Assembly: GCA_040381435.1 (NCBI GenBank) | Contig: JBEIHI010000001.1 | Span: forward strand, 1 to 56,079 | Direction of reading: 5' to 3' | Source: Bacteriovoracaceae bacterium | GTDB taxonomy: Bacteria > Bdellovibrionota > UBA2394 | DNA length: 56,079 nt | Shown here: positions 8,072 through 15,293 of the stretch, in pieces | How the letters are laid out: each line of letters starts with the position of its first letter | Numbering within the stretch: the stretch's first letter is position 1 | The notes under the pieces: model-generated | What the model was told of the DNA's origin: nothing | The model's database searches: none | Seen by the model: the letters and a program-made list of their open reading frames with translations, nothing else | Program-made: the position numbers and the translations under genes

Positions 8072-9283
8072 TTATCGATGGAATCGCGCCTGCCAGCCGC
8101 CCTGCAGCAAAGCCTGCTTAATCCTTTCGACATGGTCTGGGCCATGAGTCTCTAAAGAAATTGTCGTGTAAACATCTCGAAGAGACTTACTTTCAAAGAG
8201 TCGCTCATGCTGAATCTGAACAATACTGGCCTTGTGCTCAGCAAACACCTTGATCAGCTTCGCCAACGATCCCGGTGCATCCGGGATGAGAACTTCCAAC
8301 AGCGCCAAGCGTCCCGTTCGAACGAGACCACGATCAATAATGCGCGACAATAGATTCACATCTAAATTCCCACCACTCACCACAAGAGCCGAGGGCTTGG
8401 AAATCAAATCAGGTCGCTTCATGACAGCGGCAATCACAGCACCTCCACAGCCTTCAGCAAAAATTCTTTCGTTCTCTAAGAGCCAGAGAATACCACTCGC
8501 AATCTCTTCATCTGAAACCAGAATCGTTTCATCGACGAGCTTTTTACAGAGATCGAAAGTAATATCGCCCATTCGCTTGACGGCGATTCCGTCAGCGATG
8601 GTTTGAGCTGAAGTCAATGTGACAGGATGACCGGCCTGAAGCGCAGGTAAAAAATTAGAACACCCCTCGGCCTGAACAGCAAAAATCTTGGGAGCCGCAA
8701 CCTTCTCTTTAAAATACTGACCGCAGCCCGCAAGCAAACCTCCACCGCCTAAAGGACAAATGAGGTTTTGAATGGTGGCCTCTTCCTCGAGAATCTCTTT
8801 GCCAATCGTTCCTTGGCCCAAAATGATCGCCTCATCATCGAAGGCGTGAATGTAAATTCGCCCCTCTTTTTTTTGAATCTCACATGCTTTGGTGTAAGCC
8901 TCTTGGTATGTCTCCCCGTGGAGCACGATCTCCGGCTCCCACTGACGCGTAGAATTGACTTTCACCAAGGGAGTCGTCTCCGGCATGACAATCTTTGCAT
9001 GAATCCCAAGAGCTTTTGAATGGTAGGCAACACCCTGAGCATGATTGCCAGCCGATGCCGTAATCACTCCCACCTTTTGGGCTTCGGCCTGAACCGACTT
9101 TAATTTATTGAAAGCTCCTCGCGCCTTAAAAGATCCGGTGATCTGAAGGTTCTCAAGCTTCAAGTACACAGGATGCTTAAGCGACAGCTGCTTTTCTAAC
9201 AAAATGGAACGAATTAAGGGTGTACGTCGGACCGCGCCAGACATAGACGCGTGTGCGGATTCAATCATTTTCGCGGAAATCAT
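8072..9283 (-). CDS. ilvA: Threonine ammonia-lyase (threonine dehydratase) with C-terminal ACT-like domain
   Basis: PLP-lysine motif GSFKARGA and the GGGGL glycine loop. ATG at 9283 has a GAGGTGA SD. An alternative TTG lies at 9310. Confidence 0.9.
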   Translation of the reverse strand: MISAKMIESAHASMSGAVRRTPLIRSILLEKQLSLKHPVYLKLENLQITGSFKARGAFNKLKSVQAEAQKVGVITASAGNHAQGVAYHSKALGIHAKIVMPETTPLVKVNSTRQWEPEIVLHGETYQEAYTKACEIQKKEGRIYIHAFDDEAIILGQGTIGKEILEEEATIQNLICPLGGGGLLAGCGQYFKEKVAAPKIFAVQAEGCSNFLPALQAGHPVTLTSAQTIADGIAVKRMGDITFDLCKKLVDETILVSDEEIASGILWLLENERIFAEGCGGAVIAAVMKRPDLISKPSALVVSGGNLDVNLLSRIIDRGLVRTGRLALLEVLIPDAPGSLAKLIKVFAEHKASIVQIQHERLFESKSLRDVYTTISLETHGPDHVERIKQALLQGGWQARFHR

Positions 9284-9287
9284 AAAA

Positions 9288-10226
9288 CTATCGGTCACCT
9301 CGGCACTCAATATACTGACTCAGTTTGCTTACTGCTGGCCAGACTTGAATGGAGTCCGTTGAAAATCTCATGAGCAGGTCATCGAGAGCATCTTCACCTG
9401 ATCCCTGCGGGGCAAGATTCAAAGTCACCAAGCTGAGAGCGGCAGCCCAAACCTGAGGCTTGATCTTCCGACTACGCGCAGGATTCTCCATCAAAGAGAA
9501 TTCGATCCAAAGCTGCTCCGCCATTCTAAAATGCCTCAAATGAAAGGGCTGACCATCGAGTCGCATTCCTCGTCTAAGCGCTGACATCACCTTGCCCTCG
9601 AGAGTCTGGTCGATGTGAAACAAACACTCCTGCTTAAGACGCTCGATTCGTGCTGCCCACTCAGTATTCACAGGCAATCGCTTAAGAACAGAAAGCGAAT
9701 GAAAATACATTCTACTTTCAAAATAAATGCGAACCAAATTCCAAATCAGCTTGGGATCTTGAGGGCTCAACTCCAAGGCCCGGCGAGCATACAATCGCGC
9801 CTCGGGCAGCTTTCCGAGTAACATCAAAACCAAGGAATACTGACGAAGGTATTCGGAATTCGCCGGATCTAATCGTACCGCTCTCTCAAACTGAATTCGA
9901 GCGACAGTCAAATGCCCCCCACGAAGAAAGGCTCGACCGAAGGCCTCAAAATAACGCGGCTCGGATGCATCTAAGCGAATGGAATATTTCAAATGGTAAA
10001 TCGACTTTGAATTCTCTTTCAGGGCCTGATGATTGACCCCAAGCCGATAATGTATCGCAGCAAGACGACTGACATCAGCAATCTCCGCATCATGAGAGCG
10101 GGTTAAGGTATTGAGCAGCTTCGACCAGCATTCGATGGACTCACGATACATCCGACGCTTTTCAAAAGAGCGGGCTTTGTTTTCGATCCATTTGCAAAAG
10201 TCGACCGCTTTTTGAATCTCCACCAT
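9288..10226 (-). CDS. TPR-repeat protein
   Basis: Repeated A-x3-F-x2-A-x4-P type TPR signatures (AFGRAFLRGGHLTVARIQFERAVRLDPANSEY, ARLYARRALELSPQDP). Confidence 0.75.
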   Translation of the reverse strand: MVEIQKAVDFCKWIENKARSFEKRRMYRESIECWSKLLNTLTRSHDAEIADVSRLAAIHYRLGVNHQALKENSKSIYHLKYSIRLDASEPRYFEAFGRAFLRGGHLTVARIQFERAVRLDPANSEYLRQYSLVLMLLGKLPEARLYARRALELSPQDPKLIWNLVRIYFESRMYFHSLSVLKRLPVNTEWAARIERLKQECLFHIDQTLEGKVMSALRRGMRLDGQPFHLRHFRMAEQLWIEFSLMENPARSRKIKPQVWAAALSLVTLNLAPQGSGEDALDDLLMRFSTDSIQVWPAVSKLSQYIECRGDR

Positions 10227-10325
10227 CGAAAGAAACTTTTGCTGCTTCGCGCAAATCTGGTCAAGCCAAACCCTTCATGAAACAGATTCGACTACAAGAC
10301 AATCAAGTTTGGTACACTAGTTGAA

Positions 10326-12344
10326 ATGTCTCAAGTTATTGGAATTGATCTGGGAACAAGCAACTCGGCCGTTGCTGCAATCTTGGATGGCAAACACCAG
10401 ATACTCCCCGATGAAAATGGCCGACGACTCACACCATCGATCGTATCCTTTGGAAAGGACAAGCAGATTTTGATCGGTGAGGATGCGAAGGCTCAGCTGT
10501 TTTCCAATCCATTTCGAACGATTCACTCCATCAAAAGACTTATGGGTCGAAAAATTTATTCCCCCGAAGCCGAAAAGGCCAAAGCACTTCTTCCCTACCG
10601 AATCGTTGCGGGTCCAGAAGACAACTGCGCTATACAGATTGATGATCAGCTCTACTTGCCTCAGGAAATTTCCGCTCTCATTTTGAAAAGAATGAAAGAT
10701 ATCGCGCAATTACATCTCGGACCGGGGATCGAGAAGGCCGTTGTCACTGTTCCGGCATACTTCAACGATAATCAGCGCCAAGCCACAGCGGATGCCTGCC
10801 GGCTTGCAGGCCTTGATGCCATTCGTATGATCAACGAACCTACCGCTGCGGCTCTCGCTTACGGGTTTGGGAAAAGGCTCGAGGAAACAGTCGCTATCTA
10901 TGATCTCGGGGGGGGGACATTTGATATCTCAATTTTGCGGCTTAGAAATCAGGTATTTGAAGTTCTTGCCACGGCTGGGGACACATTTCTTGGGGGTGAT
11001 GACTTCGACGATCGAATCATTGATCTGTGCGCTGAGTTTTTTCTCAAGAAAACAAAGATTGATCTTCGCACGATCCCGCAAGCTCTTCCACTTCTTCGAG
11101 TTCACGCTGAGAAAGCTAAGCGCAAACTGAGTTATGCCGAAAAGACCGACGTCTACATTCCCTCAATCATCAAGAAGGATGAAGCCGGGATTGATCTGCT
11201 GATGCCGCTCAGTCGAGAGATGCTAGGCAGCGCATGTGAGGATCTAGTCCAGCGCACCTTCTCGGTGTGTGACGAAGCCCTTCGAGCTGCAGGAATGAAA
11301 TCGGGACAGCTGAACGCCATCATTCTTGTGGGCGGGCCCACCAAAATGAACGTCGTCTCCGATGCCGTCGCTGGCTACTTTGGCAAGCCACCCTTGAAAG
11401 ATCTCAATCCCGATGAAGTCGTCGCACTCGGCGCCTCCATTCAAGCGGTCGCCCTTTCCTCGGCCGACCCCAAAGTCAAATCAAAATCATTACTCCTGGA
11501 TGTGACGCCTCTTGATCTCGGCATTGCTACGGTGGGCGGCTTTACCGAAAACATCATTGAAGCAAACTCGCCCATTCCTATTGAGGCTTGCCGCACTTTC
11601 ACAACAACCTCAAACGATCAGACAATTGTGTCCATCAGAATTTTCCAAGGCCGTAATCGGCGAGAAGAAGAAAGTGTTAAGCTCGGTGAGTTTGAGTTTT
11701 CCGGTTTCCACGCCAAAAAAGCCGGCGATGTCTCGATTGACGTTGTCTTTGGAATCAATACAGACGGAATTGTTGAGGTCTCTGCCAAAGATCCCGAAAC
11801 AGGCGCATCACATTCTATGCAAGTGAAAATGTCATCAACGATTCCCTCGGATCGAATCAAAAATTCAACGTCTCAGATTCAGTCCCACAAGCTTGTCGCG
11901 CTCAAATCACCGGTCAAAAACCATCATAAGCTGGTGGTCTGCACGACCGGCTCTCAGGGCTATGCTTTCGAAGAAGGATACGCTGAGTGGATCAGCCCTG
12001 AAGAGGAAGTTCTCATACTAAAATCCGAGACAGGAAAAATCAGCAAAGAGATTCCGCGAAGCTCGATCGTCTGGATTTTAAATCTTGAGGACTTTTCTAA
12101 TACCCCTCGATACCTGCAAGCAATCTCCGCTAAGCCAGCACTCGCTGAGGCCCAGCCGCGAATGCCACTTTATGAATTCAGATTGAAAAACGGGTCATCG
12201 ATTTTTGGACAAAGTAACAGCCCATCGCTTAAGGAGCTTGGCATTTGGATTCAGCCGTTTTTTCCAAGCGATGAGTTGAATGGAAAACTTTTTATCTTCT
12301 CTTCACGAGTTGATGCAGCCACTCCCATTGGGATTCAGGATTGA
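10326..12344 (+). CDS. Atypical Hsp70 (DnaK/HscC-like): NBD plus SBD-beta, helical lid replaced by a 169-aa unknown C-terminal domain
   Basis: IGIDLGTSNSAVA, VVTVPAYFNDNQRQAT, DLGGGTFD and ILVGGPTKM ATPase motifs. LLLDVTPLDLGI substrate-binding beta domain. The tail from residue 504 has no lid-like helices. Confidence 0.9.
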   Translation: MSQVIGIDLGTSNSAVAAILDGKHQILPDENGRRLTPSIVSFGKDKQILIGEDAKAQLFSNPFRTIHSIKRLMGRKIYSPEAEKAKALLPYRIVAGPEDNCAIQIDDQLYLPQEISALILKRMKDIAQLHLGPGIEKAVVTVPAYFNDNQRQATADACRLAGLDAIRMINEPTAAALAYGFGKRLEETVAIYDLGGGTFDISILRLRNQVFEVLATAGDTFLGGDDFDDRIIDLCAEFFLKKTKIDLRTIPQALPLLRVHAEKAKRKLSYAEKTDVYIPSIIKKDEAGIDLLMPLSREMLGSACEDLVQRTFSVCDEALRAAGMKSGQLNAIILVGGPTKMNVVSDAVAGYFGKPPLKDLNPDEVVALGASIQAVALSSADPKVKSKSLLLDVTPLDLGIATVGGFTENIIEANSPIPIEACRTFTTTSNDQTIVSIRIFQGRNRREEESVKLGEFEFSGFHAKKAGDVSIDVVFGINTDGIVEVSAKDPETGASHSMQVKMSSTIPSDRIKNSTSQIQSHKLVALKSPVKNHHKLVVCTTGSQGYAFEEGYAEWISPEEEVLILKSETGKISKEIPRSSIVWILNLEDFSNTPRYLQAISAKPALAEAQPRMPLYEFRLKNGSSIFGQSNSPSLKELGIWIQPFFPSDELNGKLFIFSSRVDAATPIGIQD

Positions 12345-12346
12345 GT

Positions 12347-12841
12347 ATGTTGAGTAAAGTTGAGCTTGAGACCATTTCGACGATCATCACGAATCTCAAT
12401 TTTTATCAGATTTTGAAGGTCCCCACGCACGCCTCTGAAAAAGAGATTTCGAATGCCTACCATCGCGAGGCTCTCAACCTTCATCCAGATCTGTACCAAA
12501 CGAGTGAGGATCCGGAAGTTATCAGTCTTAGCAAAAAGATTTTTTCGAAGGTCGTCGAGGCTTACCGAACGCTGAGCTCAAAGGAACGTCGTATCCAATA
12601 TGATCAGCAAATAAAAGTACCCACAAATAAGAGCGAAGAAGAGATTACAGCCGTCACGCAAAAGACCAAGTCGCCTGCAGCCTCAGCCGGGGCTAGGTTT
12701 TTCAAGTTAGCTCAGGCTGCATTTCAATCGGGTGATCTCCATTCGGCAAAGATGAACGCTCAGATTGCGCTCAACGCGGATCCCAAAAATCCCGAATTCC
12801 TAGCACTTCTTCACCGAATCGATATCAAATCAGGAAAGTAA
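12347..12841 (+). CDS. J-domain co-chaperone with C-terminal TPR-like segment
   Basis: NFYQILKV ... HPD ... AYRTLS J-domain signature. AGGA SD lies 6 nt before the ATG at 12347. A TTG at 12341 overlaps the Hsp70 stop. Confidence 0.85.
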   Translation: MLSKVELETISTIITNLNFYQILKVPTHASEKEISNAYHREALNLHPDLYQTSEDPEVISLSKKIFSKVVEAYRTLSSKERRIQYDQQIKVPTNKSEEEITAVTQKTKSPAASAGARFFKLAQAAFQSGDLHSAKMNAQIALNADPKNPEFLALLHRIDIKSGK

Positions 12842-12851
12842 ACTTGTTTAG

Positions 12852-13523
12852 CTATTCCCAATATCGATGAAGCCCGATCACTTTGCCTAAGACCCGAAAA
12901 CTCGCCTCAGGCTCAATTCGTTTGGGACTAAACCGTGAGTTTTCAGGATAGAGCCACAACTCCCCCCGTCTTTTGCGCAGTCTTTTAATTGTCACTTCTC
13001 CATCGACCATTGCGACAACAATCTCTCCATCGTCTGCCATGGGAGCTTGGCGGACGATCGCAATATCTCGATCATGAATTCCAGCTTCCACCATGCTCTC
13101 GCCAACCACGCGAACAGCAAAAACTGGGCCTCGGATAAAACCTGGTACGACCAAATCGCGATCATGGCTCTCATGAGATTCAATCGGGACCCCCGCAGGA
13201 GCGGCACCCAGAAGGGGAATCGTTCTAAAATCCTCTAGTTGCTTCAATTGAAGCCCTCGAGACTTCTGACCATCTTTTTGAAGCCAGCCCTTTTGAACAA
13301 GGGCGGAAATCACATCTTGAGCTGAGCCTACCGCCTTCCAGCTCATTTTTTCACAAATCTCTCTGAGGGTTGGCATGGAACCCGAGGAAAAGAACTTTTC
13401 TTTGATAAACTGATAAACCTTAGCCTGAGCGTCAGAAAGCTCTTCACGCTTAGAGCGGCTCGCTGCTTTTGGCGCCCCTGATTTTTTTACCGCCGACCTT
13501 GCACTTAAGTTCTTTTGAACCAT
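12852..13523 (-). CDS. lexA: LexA repressor (S24 peptidase) with about 28-aa basic N-terminal extension
   Basis: Winged-helix segment MPTLREICEKMSWKAVGSAQDVISALVQKGWL. Cleavage/catalytic segment VVGESM ... TIKRL. Divergent from an imuA-imuB-dnaE2 cassette. Confidence 0.9.
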   Translation of the reverse strand: MVQKNLSARSAVKKSGAPKAASRSKREELSDAQAKVYQFIKEKFFSSGSMPTLREICEKMSWKAVGSAQDVISALVQKGWLQKDGQKSRGLQLKQLEDFRTIPLLGAAPAGVPIESHESHDRDLVVPGFIRGPVFAVRVVGESMVEAGIHDRDIAIVRQAPMADDGEIVVAMVDGEVTIKRLRKRRGELWLYPENSRFSPKRIEPEASFRVLGKVIGLHRYWE

Positions 13524-13534
13524 ACTCTTGTATG
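13521..13534. promoter_or_regulatory. Candidate LexA operator CATAC-N4-GTATG overlapping the lexA start codon
   Basis: Perfect palindrome CATACTCTTGTATG. The same arms recur at 13625-13638 in front of imuA. Confidence 0.55.
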
Positions 13535-13560
13535 GTATCTATAGAAGGGGCCGATTTCAA
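13532..13560 (-). promoter_or_regulatory. Candidate sigma-70 promoter of lexA (TTGAAA-17 nt-TACCAT)
   Basis: On the minus strand, -35 TTGAAA (13560-13555), a 17-nt spacer and -10 TACCAT (13537-13532). The ATG begins 9 nt after the -10, so the mRNA would be leaderless or nearly so. Confidence 0.45.
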
Positions 13561-13599
13561 GCCCTTTTCAGGCTGTCGGGGGACAATGTCAAATGAGCT

Positions 13600-13627
13600 T
13601 TGACAGAACCAGATTTTAAGATACCAT
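13600..13627 (+). promoter_or_regulatory. Candidate sigma-70 promoter of imuA-imuB-dnaE2 (TTGACA-16 nt-TACCAT)
   Basis: Consensus -35 TTGACA at 13600-13605, a 16-nt spacer and -10 TACCAT at 13622-13627. The ATG at 13636 begins 9 nt after the -10. Confidence 0.5.
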
Positions 13628-13638
13628 ACATTTGTATG
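13625..13638. promoter_or_regulatory. Candidate LexA operator CATAC-N4-GTATG overlapping the -10 box and the imuA start codon
   Basis: Perfect palindrome CATACATTTGTATG, extendable to ACCATACA-TT-TGTATGGT (13623-13640). Confidence 0.55.
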
Positions 13639-14160
13639 GTTATTCAGCCATCCAATCCATTGACTCAAATTGTAGGAGATATCGGCTCAGGATGTCGTCG
13701 GCTGGCCTTTCACTTTGTTTCGCCTGCGCGACAAGTCGCATGGCTCACCCCGCAATGGGATCTATATGCACCCACTCTTTGGAAGTTGGCCTCTGAATAT
13801 CACATTCAGGAACTGATCGGACTTGAATGCACCGATCGAAAGCAATGGAGAAACCTGTTCTGCAATCTCATTCAATCCCAAGCCCTCGATGCCGTTGTCA
13901 TCGACAGATTTGGACTCCGGTCCGCGGAGGGATTTTTTCTGCAGAAAATCTGCCGAGCAAGCAAAACCAAAGTTTTAATTATAGACGCCCATCCCCACTC
14001 TTTCTGCAGCAAGCGCCTCCATCTAAGCCTCTCCCATCAGAGCTTTCGATTTTTCTGGTCCAAAGGAGGCTCGCCAACACCTCGGCACCTCCCCTTTACA
14101 TTCTTTCAAGACATCGATCGTCTCTATATGCATTTGGGAGGTCGACCATGTACGTTGTGA
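13636..14160 (+). CDS. imuA: ImuA-like (SulA/RecA-fold) SOS mutagenesis protein
   Basis: First gene of a lexA-divergent cassette followed by imuB and dnaE2. The IVGDIGSGCRRLAF ... VAWL ... LDAVVID pattern resembles a degenerate RecA/SulA-type P-loop. The only ATG is at 13636. The TTG at 13600 coincides with the -35 box. Confidence 0.65.
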   Translation: MVIQPSNPLTQIVGDIGSGCRRLAFHFVSPARQVAWLTPQWDLYAPTLWKLASEYHIQELIGLECTDRKQWRNLFCNLIQSQALDAVVIDRFGLRSAEGFFLQKICRASKTKVLIIDAHPHSFCSKRLHLSLSHQSFRFFWSKGGSPTPRHLPFTFFQDIDRLYMHLGGRPCTL

Positions 14161-15293
14161 GTCGACACCTATCTCCACTTTCTCCTCATATTATGAAGTT
14201 TGAGAATCTTTGGATTTATGATCTGAGGCCCTTCCATGATTTTTGGAAAAAGACAGTCCTGGAAAAAAATATTTCGGAGTCACATGCCGCAATGGTCTGG
14301 GATGAGAGCGCTTGGGGAGCTTTACTCAAAATCTATGGCATCCACACATTTGCCCCTACGAAAACCTTGGAAGTTTTTGCACAGGACTACCATCAACACT
14401 TCAATACAAAAATATCTCAACACGCTCAAAAGAAGTTTTTTGATGTCATGAGACGTCTTGGCCTCAATCGAATTGGACACCTCCAGCGGCTGTCTTTTGT
14501 TGAAATTGGAAAGAGATTTGGAAAAGCCTGGGCGGACTTCATGAAAGGAGTCTTTGAACCTCAAAAAACTCCATGGCCATGGGAGAAGTTTCGGATCAGG
14601 GATCCATTGCGCTGGAGCGAGAACCTGGATGAACCCAGCGCTAGCAGCGAATTCATTTTAGATCGATTCATGTGCGGAATTCAGTCGCTCGCGCAGGAAA
14701 AACACTGCCTGATTCAAAAAATTGAATTCAGCTTAATTTTTGGCGAGCGAGAAAATGTGGAACTTCAGTTTTCACACGCCATTTCGCTTTCGAAAGAATG
14801 TGGTTGGATTCGAAGACTTCTTCAGGAGCGGCTTTTTAGTCTTCAGCTTCACTCAAGCGTGAGTCGGCTCGAAATCTGCGCAAGCCCTGCTGAGCCTGCA
14901 CTTCTCAAACAGCTCTCCCTTTTTGACTCTCAAGCCCCCCAAATCGCCCTTGAGAGTCTTTGCAAGAAACTCGAAAACCAGGGATTTCAGGTTTTCAAAC
15001 CCTCCCCTTCTCCTTCGTATATCCCTGAACATTCCTGGTTTCGAGTCTCTCCTCTTTCCACACGAAGTCCCGCGGAGATAAGTCGAGCGCAGCTGCGCCC
15101 TCTGATTCAATTTCCCCCTCGCACGATTGAGCCTCCAACGGGGATGCTGAAAAAGACCGAGCAAATTGAATGGTGCGATTTAAAGGGGCAGCTGCGATCT
15201 CGAACCTACTATATGACACGAAGGAGTCGCTACTGGGCCTGGGTTTTTCAAACGAATGATGGTCGATGGTTCGAGCAGGGTGTCGTTGAATGA
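14148..15293 (+). CDS. imuB: ImuB-like (inactive Y-family polymerase homologue), short form (381 aa)
   Basis: GGGAGG SD lies before the ATG at 14148, which overlaps the imuA stop by 13 nt. The stop overlaps the dnaE2 start. The LGLNRIGHLQRLSFVEIGKRFG helix-hairpin-helix-like segment is typical of ImuB/DinB thumb/little finger. Confidence 0.7.
   Translation: MYVVSRHLSPLSPHIMKFENLWIYDLRPFHDFWKKTVLEKNISESHAAMVWDESAWGALLKIYGIHTFAPTKTLEVFAQDYHQHFNTKISQHAQKKFFDVMRRLGLNRIGHLQRLSFVEIGKRFGKAWADFMKGVFEPQKTPWPWEKFRIRDPLRWSENLDEPSASSEFILDRFMCGIQSLAQEKHCLIQKIEFSLIFGERENVELQFSHAISLSKECGWIRRLLQERLFSLQLHSSVSRLEICASPAEPALLKQLSLFDSQAPQIALESLCKKLENQGFQVFKPSPSPSYIPEHSWFRVSPLSTRSPAEISRAQLRPLIQFPPRTIEPPTGMLKKTEQIEWCDLKGQLRSRTYYMTRRSRYWAWVFQTNDGRWFEQGVVE

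Noticed and set aside
11835-12344. The idea that the Hsp70 C-terminal domain is a PilZ (c-di-GMP binding) domain.
   Set aside because: I could not find RxxxR or (D/N)xSxxG motifs at the proper spacing. LKNGSSIFG is off by one and has no upstream RxxxR. The domain is left as unknown.
13827-14147. A 107-codon N-terminal extension of the imuB ORF overlaps imuA in another frame.
   Set aside because: It has no SD and a Pro/Ser/Arg-rich composition typical of an out-of-frame shadow. A GGGAGG-ATG at 14148 gives the classical overlapping imuA/imuB junction.
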